Below, in pieces: positions 9,216-18,823 of a DNA stretch of 57,378 nt. The stretch comes from Gammaproteobacteria bacterium (GTDB taxonomy: Bacteria; Pseudomonadota; Gammaproteobacteria; JAKDMP01). Below the pieces are notes generated by a model that was not told the origin of the DNA, made no database searches, and saw only the letters and a program-made list of their open reading frames with translations. Position 1 is the stretch's first letter, and the number at the start of each line of letters is the position of its first letter. Made by a program: the position numbers and the translations under genes. The DNA is taken from positions 1-57,378 of the forward strand of contig JBOIBN010000004.1 in the NCBI GenBank assembly GCA_050739575.1, written 5' to 3'.

Positions 9216-10430
9216 TCATGCCGGTAAAAACCGGGTCAAAACCTCGTTGAGGCAATCCAGACCGCGGGCCGTCGCACGTGCCCCATGCGCGTCCTGCTTG
9301 ATCAATTCGCCGACGGCTACCCCCTGCTCTAATTCAGCCGCGAGAACCGCCCGATCAAGACCGGTGCGCGCCTCGAATTCCACCCACGCAAACCCTTCCA
9401 CCCGTCGCAACGCGCCAAGCAGAAACTCGAACGTCCGCTCCGCAGGAAGCACGAATCGTTCGCTCTTGATTGCCGCTGCGGTTCCGGCCTCGCGAAGATA
9501 GCCGTTCGGGGAAACGGTCCGCACGGTTCGCACAATCGTGGCGCCGCAGCAGCGCTTGCCGTGCGCGCCGGGACCCAGGCCGATGTAATCGCCGTAGCGC
9601 CAGTAGTTGTCGTTGTGGCGACAGCGTCGCGTGGGGCGGGCAAAGGCCGATATCTCATATCGGAAATAGCCGCCCGCGGCAAGACGGTCGTGGCCGATCG
9701 TTTCGATCCGTGCCGCCTCGGGTTCCGGCGGAAGTCTCGGCGGGCGCCGATGGAAGGCCGTCCCAACCTCGAGCGTCAATTCGTAGTAGGAGATGTGAGC
9801 AGGCGAAAGAGCGATCGCCTGCTCGACATCCGCCAGTGCGCCCGTCGAATCTTGATCCGGCAACGCGTACATAAGGTCCAGGTTGAAATTCGCAAGGTCG
9901 GCGCGATGCAATTCTTCCGCTGCGGCAACGGCTTCCCGCGCCGAATGGATGCGTCCCAATCGTTTGAGCATTGCATCATCGAAGCTCTGCACGCCGAGAG
10001 ATACGCGGTTGATTCCGACAGCGGCGTATTCGGCGAAGCGTCCGCGCTCGATGGTTCCCGGATTGGCCTCGATCGTCACTTCGGCATCCGCGGCAAGCGG
10101 CAGGCGCGCGCGGATGCCCGCGAGCAGGCGGGAGATCGTTTCCGGTGCGAGCAGACTCGGCGTGCCGCCACCGAGGAAAACACTGATCACAGGCGTCGCC
10201 GTCGGACGCCGTTCGAGTTCAAGATCAAGATCGGCCAGTACAGCGGCGAGGTAGGCCGCCGCCGGCAGCGCGCCCCGCAATGCATGCGAGTTGAAGTCGC
10301 AGTAAGGGCATTTGGCGATGCACCAGGGCACATGTACGTAGAGCGCGAGTGGTGCGCGTTCCAGCGCCGCTGTCTCGCTGCCGGCCCCTATAATGGTCGT
10401 TTCCGCCGTCGCCGTCTCGCCGATGCCCAA
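9216..10430 (-). CDS. hemW: Radical SAM heme chaperone HemW (HemN-like, oxygen-independent coproporphyrinogen oxidase family)
   Basis: LYVHVPWCIAKCPYCDFNSH carries the CxxxCxxC radical SAM motif, and the length is HemW-like. The start is uncertain: the track start is a TTG at 10430 that overlaps the pepN 5' end, so the true start may lie further in. Confidence 0.85.
   Translation of the reverse strand: MGIGETATAETTIIGAGSETAALERAPLALYVHVPWCIAKCPYCDFNSHALRGALPAAAYLAAVLADLDLELERRPTATPVISVFLGGGTPSLLAPETISRLLAGIRARLPLAADAEVTIEANPGTIERGRFAEYAAVGINRVSLGVQSFDDAMLKRLGRIHSAREAVAAAEELHRADLANFNLDLMYALPDQDSTGALADVEQAIALSPAHISYYELTLEVGTAFHRRPPRLPPEPEAARIETIGHDRLAAGGYFRYEISAFARPTRRCRHNDNYWRYGDYIGLGPGAHGKRCCGATIVRTVRTVSPNGYLREAGTAAAIKSERFVLPAERTFEFLLGALRRVEGFAWVEFEARTGLDRAVLAAELEQGVAVGELIKQDAHGARATARGLDCLNEVLTRFLPA
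10389..10394 (+). promoter_or_regulatory. Candidate -10 hexamer for pepN
   Basis: A perfect TATAAT lies 29 nt upstream of the preferred pepN ATG (10423). No good -35 element is seen, so this is weak. Confidence 0.3.
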
Positions 10431-13071
10431 TGCCGATACCCACAGAATCGTTCGCCTCGCAGACTATACCCTGCCCGCCTATTTGATCGATGCCGCGCGG
10501 CTCGATTTTCTGCTCGGCGAGAACGGCACGGAAGTCCGCGCGGAACTCGAACTGCGGCGCAATACTGCGAGTTCGGAACCAGCCGATTCCCTGAATCTCG
10601 ACGGAGAAGGGTTGGAGCTACTTTCCATCGCCATCGACGGTGAAGCACTGCCGAGCAACCGTTATCGGGCGACGGCGGACGGACTGACGATTCAAGCGCC
10701 GCCCGACAGCTTCACGCTCGCGACCCGGGTGCGCATCCACCCCGAAGCCAATACGGCGCTCTCCGGCCTTTACAAATCTTCGGGCAATTTCTGCACCCAG
10801 TGCGAGGCCGAAGGATTCCGGCGCATTACCTGGTATCTCGACCGCCCGGACGTACTCGCACGTTTCACAACTCGCATCGAGACGCAGCGGGAAGCCTATC
10901 CCGTGCTGCTCTCCAACGGCAATCTGATCGATTCGGGCCTTCTCGACAACGACCGGCACTACGCCGTCTGGGAAGATCCCTTCCCAAAACCCGCCTATCT
11001 CTTCGCGCTGGTTGCAGGACGTCTCGCCTGCCGCGAAGACGAATTCATCACCGCCTCCGGCCGCCCGGTTGCGCTCCGGCTTTATGTCGAGGCGCACAAC
11101 CTCGAACGCACGGCACACGCGATGGCCTCGCTCAAGCGGGCCATGCGCTGGGACGAGGAACACTACGGACGCGAATACGATCTCGACGTCTTCATGTTCG
11201 TCGCCGTGGACGACTTCAACATGGGCGCGATGGAAAACAAGGGCCTCAACATCTTCAATTCCAGATACGTGCTCGCCAATCCGGACACCGCAACCGACCA
11301 GGACTTCGCCGCGATCGAGTCCGTCGTCGGACACGAATACTTCCATAACTGGACCGGCGACCGGGTGACGCTGCGCGACTGGTTCCAGCTCTCGCTCAAG
11401 GAGGGGCTTACCGTCTTTCGCGAGCAGTCCTTCGCCGCCGACATGGGCTCTGCCGCAGTCAAGCGCATCCGCGACGTGCGCACCTTGCGCGCGCTCCAGT
11501 TCGCCGAGGACGCGGGGCCCATGGCGCATCCGGTACGGCCCGAGCAGTATCTCGAAATCAACAATTTCTACACCGCGACGGTGTATGAGAAGGGCGCCGA
11601 GTTGCTGCGCATGTACCGCACGCTGCTTGGTCCCGAAGGATTTCGCCACGGCATGGACCTCTACTTCGAGCGCCACGACGGCCAAGCGGTGACGACCGAC
11701 GATTTTCGCGCCGCGATGAGCGACGCCAACGAAGTGGATCTTTCCCAATTTGCGCGCTGGTACGAAGTTTCTGGCACCCCGCGGCTTGAAGTCACGGGGC
11801 GCTACGACGCCGCAAATCGTCGCTACACTCTGGCCGTGCGCCAGGTGCACAGAGACACGCCTGGCCAGCCGGCGGCGGACAAGCCGGCACTACTCATTCC
11901 ACTCGCGATGGGGTTCCTCGGCCCCGATGACGCGCCGCTACCGCTCAAACTTAGCGGTGAGACGGACGCACCGAAGGAGCGCGTACTGTGGCTGCGTGAT
12001 TTTACGGAGAGCTTCGTATTCGAAGACATTCCGGCCCCGCCAGTGCCTTCGCTGCTGCGCGGATTCTCGGCGCCCGTGCGGCTCAAGTTCCCCTATACCG
12101 ATGAGGAACTGGCCTTTCTCGTCGCCCACGATCCCGATTCCTTCAATCGCTGGAACGCGGCCGAGACGCTCATCGTGCGCATCGTCAAGGCCGCAATAGC
12201 GAACCCCGGCGCGGCCGATTCGCCGCCACCCGAGGTGCTGACTGGCGCGTGGCGGGCGCTGCTCGCCGGTGAAACGCTCGATCCGGCGCTGGTCGCCGAA
12301 ACGCTCAGCCTGCCGACCGAAACCGAACTTGCACAGGCGTTCGAGCGCGTAGATGTTGAAGCACTCCACGCCGCGCGTCGCAATCTTAAGCGCGGGCTTG
12401 CCGCTGCGCTCGAACCGGAGTTCCTGGCCGTTCTCGAACGCAGCGCGCCGAGCGATCCCTATCGCTACGACCCGCAGGAGGCAGGCCGGCGCCGCTTATA
12501 CGCCGTGGCGCTCGATTATCTCGGCGCGCTCGAGAGCGCCGCGCATCTTGCAAGGGCCGAGGCCGCGTTCGATTCGGCCGACAACATGAGTGATCGCTTG
12601 GCCGCGCTGGCCGTGCTCGCGCATCACGACAAACCCGCGCGGACCAAGGCGCTCGGATATTTTCGCGCCCGTTACGCCGATCAACCACTGGTGCTCGACA
12701 AATGGCTCGCACTGCAGGCCAACGCGCCACTCGCGGGGGCGCTCGAACGCGTGCGCTCGCTCATGGACGATCCCGTATTCACGCTGGCAAACCCCAACCG
12801 GGTGCGCGCGTTGATCGGCTCCTTCGCCCACAATAATCACTCCGGCTTCCATGCGGCGGGCGGAAACGCGTACCGCTTCGTGGCCGATCAGGTTCTCGCG
12901 CTCGATGCGCTCAATCCCCAAGTCGCCGCACGGCTGGTGACCTGCTTTGCGCACTGGCGGCGCTACGACGACGCGCGTCGGGAACGGATGCGCGTCGAAC
13001 TCGAACGCATGGCCGCCGCGCCCGCGCTCTCGCGCGACGTTTACGAAATTATCGCCCGCAGCCTTGCCTGA
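10423..13071 (+). CDS. pepN: Aminopeptidase N (M1 family)
   Basis: GAMEN exopeptidase motif and the HEYFHNWTGD zinc site (HEXXH). Start at ATG 10423 (MPNADTHRIVRLADY) matches the N-terminal spacing I recall for E. coli PepN. The ATG at 10393 overlaps the TATAAT. Confidence 0.93.
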   Translation: MPNADTHRIVRLADYTLPAYLIDAARLDFLLGENGTEVRAELELRRNTASSEPADSLNLDGEGLELLSIAIDGEALPSNRYRATADGLTIQAPPDSFTLATRVRIHPEANTALSGLYKSSGNFCTQCEAEGFRRITWYLDRPDVLARFTTRIETQREAYPVLLSNGNLIDSGLLDNDRHYAVWEDPFPKPAYLFALVAGRLACREDEFITASGRPVALRLYVEAHNLERTAHAMASLKRAMRWDEEHYGREYDLDVFMFVAVDDFNMGAMENKGLNIFNSRYVLANPDTATDQDFAAIESVVGHEYFHNWTGDRVTLRDWFQLSLKEGLTVFREQSFAADMGSAAVKRIRDVRTLRALQFAEDAGPMAHPVRPEQYLEINNFYTATVYEKGAELLRMYRTLLGPEGFRHGMDLYFERHDGQAVTTDDFRAAMSDANEVDLSQFARWYEVSGTPRLEVTGRYDAANRRYTLAVRQVHRDTPGQPAADKPALLIPLAMGFLGPDDAPLPLKLSGETDAPKERVLWLRDFTESFVFEDIPAPPVPSLLRGFSAPVRLKFPYTDEELAFLVAHDPDSFNRWNAAETLIVRIVKAAIANPGAADSPPPEVLTGAWRALLAGETLDPALVAETLSLPTETELAQAFERVDVEALHAARRNLKRGLAAALEPEFLAVLERSAPSDPYRYDPQEAGRRRLYAVALDYLGALESAAHLARAEAAFDSADNMSDRLAALAVLAHHDKPARTKALGYFRARYADQPLVLDKWLALQANAPLAGALERVRSLMDDPVFTLANPNRVRALIGSFAHNNHSGFHAAGGNAYRFVADQVLALDALNPQVAARLVTCFAHWRRYDDARRERMRVELERMAAAPALSRDVYEIIARSLA

Positions 13072-14856
13072 GTGGCCCATCCCGTCGTTCCTTACAATGA
13101 TCCCGTCCCGATCCGGTTCGCGAACTTGAAAGCGCTCATCGAAAAACTCGTCACCCAGGCGCTGGATACGCTTGGCATCGAATCCGAGGCGCGCGGACCG
13201 GTCGCGATCGAGCGCGCGCGTAATCCCGAACACGGGGATTACGCCACCAATGCAGCATTGGTTCTAGCGGGCGCGACGGGCGAGGAGCCGCGCGCACTCG
13301 CCGCAAAAATCATCGCCGCACTCCCCGCTTCGAAACTCGTTGCCAAAACCGAAATTGCCGGACCCGGGTTCATCAATTTTTGCCTTGCGCCCACGGCCTG
13401 GCATGCGGAACTCGCGCGCATTCTCGCTGCCGCCGAGCGCTACGGCACAAGCGACACGGGCGGCGGCGGCCGCATCCTGCTCGAGTTCGTCTCCGCCAAT
13501 CCGACCGGCCCACTGCACGTCGGACACGGACGCAACGCCGCCTACGGCGACTCGCTTGCGCGCATTCTCGCCGCCGCCGGTTACCGGATCGAGCGCGAGT
13601 ATTACGCGAACGATGCCGGTCGTCAGGCCGACATTCTCGCCGTCAGCGTGTGGCTGGCCGTGCTTGCATTGGCCGGCGAGACGCCGCATTCCCCTGGCGC
13701 CGGCTACCCCGGCGACTACATCCGCGCAACCGCGGAGCAAATTGCGCCGCAATTCGAGGGCCATCTCGTGCGTCCGTGGCCGGAGATTGCCGCCGGTCTG
13801 CCGCCCGACGCACCCGTCGGCGACAAGGAAGCCCACATGGACGCGCTCATTGCGCGCGCGAGAACCCTGCTGGGCGAGGACTACGCAAGATTGCGGCGGG
13901 CGGCGCTCGACGTTCAGATTGCCGTCATCCGCGCCACGCTCGATCGCTTCGATGTGCGCTTCGATCGCTGGTTCTCGGAAGAAACTCTGGTCGCGGGCGA
14001 AGCCGTGGCGCACGCGCTCGAACGGCTCGCCGCGAGCAGCCATACCTACGAAGCCGATGGCGCGCTGTGGCTCGCTTCCTCCAAACTGGGCGACGAGAAG
14101 GATCGGGTGCTCCGCCGCCGCGACGGCAGCACTACCTATTTCGCGAGCGACGTCGCCTACCATCTCGACAAGCTGGAACGCGGCAACGATCTCCTGATCG
14201 ACGTATGGGGCGCGGATCATCACGGCTATATCGCGCGCGTGCGAGCCGCAATCGAAGCGCTCAGCGGGAGGCGCGATGCCTTCGAGGTGCGCCTGATCCA
14301 GTTCGTAACGCTGTCCTCGGGCCGCATGGGCAAGCGCAGCGGCAACTTCGTGACGCTGGATGAATTGCTCGCGGAGGCCGGCGCCGATGCCGCCCGTTTC
14401 TTCTACCTTGCGCGCTCGCACGATCAGCATCTGGAGTTCGACGTCGAACTTGCACGCGCGCGGACCAGCGACAATCCCGTTTACTACGTGCAGTACGCGC
14501 ACGCTCGGGTCGCAAGCGTCTGGCGTCAACTCGCCGAGAAGGGATACGCATGGAACGAGGCGGACGCCGCTGACAACCTGGCCCGGCTCGTCGAGCCGCA
14601 GGAAATTGCGCTGCTCAACCGGCTGGCGCGTTTTCCCGAGGTCGTCGCCACCGCCGCGGCCCAGCGCGCGCCGCATGCCGTCGCCCACTATCTGGGGGAG
14701 GTGGCGCAGGCTTTCCATGTCTGGTACAACAGTTGCACCTTTCTGGTCGAGGATGCAGCCTTGCGCAATGCCCGCCTTGCACTTGCCCAAGCCACCCGGC
14801 ACATCATCGCGAACGGGCTCGGATTGCTCGGCGTTTCGGCACCGGAGCGGATGTAA
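13072..14856 (+). CDS. argS: Arginine--tRNA ligase
   Basis: Class I signatures PTGPLHVGHGRN (HIGH) and RMGKRSG (KMSK-like). The GTG at 13072 abuts the pepN stop; an in-frame TTG at 13126 is an alternative start. Confidence 0.93.
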   Translation: MAHPVVPYNDPVPIRFANLKALIEKLVTQALDTLGIESEARGPVAIERARNPEHGDYATNAALVLAGATGEEPRALAAKIIAALPASKLVAKTEIAGPGFINFCLAPTAWHAELARILAAAERYGTSDTGGGGRILLEFVSANPTGPLHVGHGRNAAYGDSLARILAAAGYRIEREYYANDAGRQADILAVSVWLAVLALAGETPHSPGAGYPGDYIRATAEQIAPQFEGHLVRPWPEIAAGLPPDAPVGDKEAHMDALIARARTLLGEDYARLRRAALDVQIAVIRATLDRFDVRFDRWFSEETLVAGEAVAHALERLAASSHTYEADGALWLASSKLGDEKDRVLRRRDGSTTYFASDVAYHLDKLERGNDLLIDVWGADHHGYIARVRAAIEALSGRRDAFEVRLIQFVTLSSGRMGKRSGNFVTLDELLAEAGADAARFFYLARSHDQHLEFDVELARARTSDNPVYYVQYAHARVASVWRQLAEKGYAWNEADAADNLARLVEPQEIALLNRLARFPEVVATAAAQRAPHAVAHYLGEVAQAFHVWYNSCTFLVEDAALRNARLALAQATRHIIANGLGLLGVSAPERM

Positions 14857-15428
14857 TGAGTCCGCAACGCAGTCAACCATCGCGCAACGGCAAACGAAAG
14901 AGTGCCGGCACCGGCCCGCTCTGGTTCGTCGCCGGCGGGCTCCTCGCGGTACTCGTGATCTTCGGCTTCCCGGCTCTGCGCGATGCATTCCAGCATGTCG
15001 GGCATTCGACGGCCCAACATGCGGAAGCGCTCAAGGGCAAACTCGTGGAAACAACAACGGTGCCCCCGGCGACCGGCGCGACGGCGGCCCAATTCGACTT
15101 CTATCAGTTGCTGTCGCATCCGACCCAGATTCTTACCTCGCGGGAAACCCGCGAAGTACAGCCCTCGGCTACCTCGAATTCGGTGGCGACACCTGGAGCC
15201 TACATACTGCAAGTGGCTTCCTTCCGCGCCGACAAGGATGCCGAGGCGCTCAAGGCCCAACTCGCACTGTGGGGCGTTTCGGCGAGCGTCCAGCCGGTGA
15301 ACGTGCAAGGCGAGACGTGGCACCGCGTGCGGGTCGGGCCGGTAAGCGATCTCGCCGCCCTGAACACGCTGCGCAGCAAACTCGCGGCGCATAAACTCCA
15401 GCCGCTGGTTATGCGCGTCGGCAACTGA
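14856..15428 (+). CDS. SPOR domain-containing cell-division-associated protein
   Basis: MSPQRSQPSRNGKRKSAG followed by a TM segment, with a C-terminal SPOR-like domain (YILQVASFRADKDAEALKAQLALWG...WHRVRVGP). Its ATG overlaps the argS TAA by 1 nt (TAATG). An argS-SPOR pairing is known from Pseudomonas. Confidence 0.8.
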   Translation: MSPQRSQPSRNGKRKSAGTGPLWFVAGGLLAVLVIFGFPALRDAFQHVGHSTAQHAEALKGKLVETTTVPPATGATAAQFDFYQLLSHPTQILTSRETREVQPSATSNSVATPGAYILQVASFRADKDAEALKAQLALWGVSASVQPVNVQGETWHRVRVGPVSDLAALNTLRSKLAAHKLQPLVMRVGN

Positions 15429-15525
15429 TCTGCGCAAAGACGGAAACGGTCCCCGAACGGGCTGAAAATTGTCGCCGACAGAATATTTGCGGATGATCTT
15501 TCCCGAGTTCCCTATAATTGAAGGC

Positions 15526-16056
15526 ATGCGCAAACTTGTCCTGTTGCCGGTTGCCGTACTGCTCGTCGGTGCGCCCGTACTCGCTCGCGCCGGCGATTTC
15601 ACGCTCGCCTCGCCGGCATTCGCCGATCACGCCACGATCCCGCAGCGCTATACCTGCAACGGCGCCGGCATCTCGCCGCCGCTCGTCTGGAGCGGCGCTC
15701 CGCGCGGCACGCGCGCCTATGCACTCATCGTCACCGATCCCGATGCGCCCGATCCGGCCCATCCGACCCATACCTTCGTGCATTGGGTGGCCTTCAATCT
15801 TCCGGCCGCGACCACTGCGCTCACCTCCGGTGCCGCACTGCCCCGCGGCACGCGTCCGGGCTTAAACGGCACGGGGCATACCGGCTACACGCCGCCCTGC
15901 CCGCCGATCGGCCAGCACCGCTATTTTTTCCGCCTGTTCGCGCTCGATGCCCCACTTGAAATCGGCGCTCATCCGGACCGCGCCGCACTGCTCAAGGCCA
16001 TGCACGGACACGTCTTGGCCCGGGCGGTGCTCATTGGCACCTACGCCCATCACTGA
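15526..16056 (+). CDS. YbhB/YbcL family Raf-kinase-inhibitor-like (PEBP) periplasmic protein
   Basis: MRKLVLLPVAVLLVGAPVLARA signal peptide. PEBP motifs: DPDAPDP, HWVAFNLP, GYTPPCPPIGQHRYFFRLFALD. Confidence 0.85.
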   Translation: MRKLVLLPVAVLLVGAPVLARAGDFTLASPAFADHATIPQRYTCNGAGISPPLVWSGAPRGTRAYALIVTDPDAPDPAHPTHTFVHWVAFNLPAATTALTSGAALPRGTRPGLNGTGHTGYTPPCPPIGQHRYFFRLFALDAPLEIGAHPDRAALLKAMHGHVLARAVLIGTYAHH

Positions 16057-16057
16057 C

Positions 16058-17251
16058 GTGCGGCCGCCAGGCGCACGCCGCTGCAAGCGCGGCCTCGTGC
16101 CGATACTTGCCGCACTTGTGCTCGCGCTCAGTGCGAGCGTCCCGGCCGCAACTCCGGGCAACGGCGAGACGGCGGCCAAGCTCCACCGGCTGCAAGCCGA
16201 GATTGCAAAACTCAATGCCGCCGAACGCAGCGAGATTGCTCACAAACACAAACTGCTCGGCGAACTCGGCACACTCGAAGAACACATCGGCGCGCTCAAT
16301 CGGGAACTCGCGAGCCTTGCCGAACGCGAACACAAGCTCGCCGCACGCAAGCAGACTCTGGAACAACAGACGGCTCAGGCCGAGAACACGGCGGTCGCGG
16401 CGCAACAGGAACTCGGCACCATGCTCCGCGCCGCCTTCATTCTCGGACGTGAACCCGAGATCAAGCTTGCGCTAGAGGGCGACGATCCGACGACCGCCGC
16501 GCGCCTGCTCGGTTACTACGGCTACTACTCCCGTGCCCAATCCGAACATATCGCGACCCTCACCGCCGAGATCGCCAATTACCGCAAATTGCAGGACGCC
16601 GTTGCCGCCACCGCGCAGGAACTAGAAGAAACCGCCGCCGCCCGGCGCAAATCCCTGGCGGACCTTCAACAGACTCACAATCGGCGCGAGGCGGTAGTAA
16701 CGCAACTTACAAGCGACATAGCGAACAAACACGCCCAGGCCGAGTCCCTGCGCAGCGATGCCGCGCGGCTGGAGAAAATCGTTCAATCGGTGAGTCGCGA
16801 TATCGCGCAAATCCCGGTCGTGCCGCTGGAGAAAGTAGCTTTCGGGAAACTCCGCGGAAAACTGCCCTGGCCGGTCGCAGGGAAAATCGTGGACCGCTAT
16901 GGCGCACCGCGAGCCGAGGCTGTATCCGGTTGGCAGGCCGTGCGTATTGCCGCGCCGGCCGGCACCAAAGTGCGCGCGATCGCCTACGGACGCATTGCCT
17001 ATGCCGGTTGGCTACCTTATTATGGATTGGTGCTGATTCTCGACCACGGCGACGGTTTCCTCACCGTGTACGGTCACAACGAGGCGCTCTACAAACAGGT
17101 CGGAGACCAGGTGCGCCCCGGCGACGTAATCGCAACAGTCGGCGACAGCGGCGGCCAGCCGCGGCCCATGCTTTATTTCCAGATTCGCCACGACGATCAT
17201 CCTCTCAACCCCGAACAATGGTGCGCGCACGGCGCCCCGCCGCCGCGATAA
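16058..17251 (+). CDS. envC: Murein hydrolase activator EnvC-like protein (coiled-coil plus M23/LytM domain)
   Basis: Long coiled-coil (LHRLQAEIAKLNAAE...) followed by an M23 domain (GWLPYYGLVLILDHGDGFLTVYGHNEAL). Start placed at the in-frame GTG at 16058, just after the PEBP gene stop, which gives a signal peptide. The track start at 15947 overlaps the previous gene. Confidence 0.8.
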   Translation: MRPPGARRCKRGLVPILAALVLALSASVPAATPGNGETAAKLHRLQAEIAKLNAAERSEIAHKHKLLGELGTLEEHIGALNRELASLAEREHKLAARKQTLEQQTAQAENTAVAAQQELGTMLRAAFILGREPEIKLALEGDDPTTAARLLGYYGYYSRAQSEHIATLTAEIANYRKLQDAVAATAQELEETAAARRKSLADLQQTHNRREAVVTQLTSDIANKHAQAESLRSDAARLEKIVQSVSRDIAQIPVVPLEKVAFGKLRGKLPWPVAGKIVDRYGAPRAEAVSGWQAVRIAAPAGTKVRAIAYGRIAYAGWLPYYGLVLILDHGDGFLTVYGHNEALYKQVGDQVRPGDVIATVGDSGGQPRPMLYFQIRHDDHPLNPEQWCAHGAPPPR

Positions 17252-17345
17252 CTCGCGTTCGGTATCTGGATAAGTTTGACCTACCACAGGCGGCATCGCC
17301 GCGGAGAGCGCGTTGCACTTGCAACTTGAATCTACCAGACGCTCC

Positions 17346-17633
17346 TCAAGACGCTCTAACCCACCGAACAGATTTGTAGAGAAGAAAACACAGCATGGCT
17401 ATCAGGCCGTACAAGACTGCGTTACCAATGATGGAAATAATAATCACCTCTGTCATGGTATGCATAAGAACCATTGACAAATAAAATGGACAAAACAGAA
17501 ACGCTATAGTTAACCCCTCTTGACTACTCATGTGGTTAAACAAAAAGCCGTTATATGGAGCGTTTGGAAAAAGCATTACAGCTATTAGCATCCCGATGAC
17601 AGCGCCAAATAAAAATGCTCTTTTAAAGTTCAT
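17346..17633 (-). CDS. Small hydrophobic membrane protein (three predicted TM segments), low-GC orphan
   Basis: 95 aa: MNFKRAFLFGAVIGMLIAVMLF...IIISIIGNAVLYGLIAMLCFLLY. Hand counts of two 60-nt lines give 42% and 35% GC, versus about 63-66% in flanking genes. I recognise no family. Confidence 0.5.
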   Translation of the reverse strand: MNFKRAFLFGAVIGMLIAVMLFPNAPYNGFLFNHMSSQEGLTIAFLFCPFYLSMVLMHTMTEVIIISIIGNAVLYGLIAMLCFLLYKSVRWVRAS

Positions 17634-17869
17634 TCACTAATCCTATTACGGTTCGCCTAAGGCTCCCGGGCATCCGCATAAGTTGTCTCGTGATAATAGG
17701 CGTGCAGTTCGCCCATTAATATCCTTGGCAGAGGAGTCGTTTGCACATCGATGCCTACCTTTTGGAGCGCACGTCCAAGTTTAAGGCTCGGGTCTCGCGT
17801 CGTAGCGTCCGCATCGGGAATTGTGGTACGTCCACTAGTTCCTTAATGCGGTGATCATCCATATACAGA

Positions 17870-18823
17870 TCAGGACTGCGGCCGTTGACGAAAGCGCAGG
17901 CTCGCGGCCGGTTTCGCACCCATAAGAACAAACCAGGCGAGGCTTGCCGCGCCGGATTCGTGTCTCGTACGGCGCAGCAGTTTCAGGCAATACAAGACGC
18001 GAAACGCGAGCACCGCGGGCCAGCCATGATGTTTTCGCAAATAGTGCAGAAACGAGATGAAGAACTCGCGCCGGTGCACGGGATCCTTCGGCGTGCTACC
18101 GCCACCTTCGTGCACGAGTCGCGCGGCGGGCACGACCCACACACTCCAAGCAGCCTTACGGAGACGGAGCGCGAGGTCCTCTTCCTCGCAGTACAGAAAA
18201 AATGCCGGATCGAAGCCGCCGATTTCAAAAAACGCTTCGGCGCGTACGAACAGTGCGGCTCCGCCCACGACCTCGACCACAAGCGGCGCGATCGGTTCAT
18301 TGCGCCGGTCGGGATAACGGGCGGGATTGAAGCGGCGCGCGAAGGCGCGCCCAAACAGAAGCTCCGTCAAGTTCGGCGATGGATGGTAATTGGCCCTGAA
18401 ACTCCCGTGGCGATCCAGCGTCACGCCGCTCGCCAGCCCGGCACGCGGATTGTGTTCCATAAAATCCACCAGCGCGCCCGCTACATCGTTCTCGAACAGG
18501 CAGTCGCTGTTCAGAAAAAGATAATAATCCGCGACTAGAAATTGCAGCCCGAACATATGCCCGCCACCGAAGCCGAGATTGATGCGGCTCGTGACCACGC
18601 GAACGCGCGGCAACCCGGCAAGCTTCGCAAGTCTTTCGCGATCATCAGCCGCGGAGCCGTTGTCCACGACGAGCACCGCATAGTCCAGACTGGAGACGGT
18701 ATGCGCGAGAATGGACTTCACGCAGGCGCGGGTAAGTTCGGCGCCGTTGTAGTTGAGGACGATGATTCCGACGCGATGGCGATCGGGAAAACCCGTGCCG
18801 GGTTGGTTCACACCCGCGGCCAC
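17870..18823 (-). CDS. Family 2 glycosyltransferase
   Basis: GT-A signatures GIIVLNYNG and VVDNGSAADD, with an acidic CEEEDL motif. Both candidate starts are GTG (18823 and 18811); the 18811 GTG overlaps the glk TGA as GTGA. Confidence 0.85.
   Translation of the reverse strand: MAAGVNQPGTGFPDRHRVGIIVLNYNGAELTRACVKSILAHTVSSLDYAVLVVDNGSAADDRERLAKLAGLPRVRVVTSRINLGFGGGHMFGLQFLVADYYLFLNSDCLFENDVAGALVDFMEHNPRAGLASGVTLDRHGSFRANYHPSPNLTELLFGRAFARRFNPARYPDRRNEPIAPLVVEVVGGAALFVRAEAFFEIGGFDPAFFLYCEEEDLALRLRKAAWSVWVVPAARLVHEGGGSTPKDPVHRREFFISFLHYLRKHHGWPAVLAFRVLYCLKLLRRTRHESGAASLAWFVLMGAKPAASLRFRQRPQS

Noticed and set aside
13264-14988. 574-aa minus-strand ORF antisense to argS. Similar long antisense or out-of-frame ORFs occur at 3894-5000, 10618-11850, 20139-21542, 37953-39005, 42475-43455, 54680-55771 and 55768-56724.
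   Set aside because: Each overlaps a gene with clear family motifs on the other strand or in another frame, and each encodes an Arg/Ala/Gly-rich sequence without recognisable domains. These are GC-bias artefacts.
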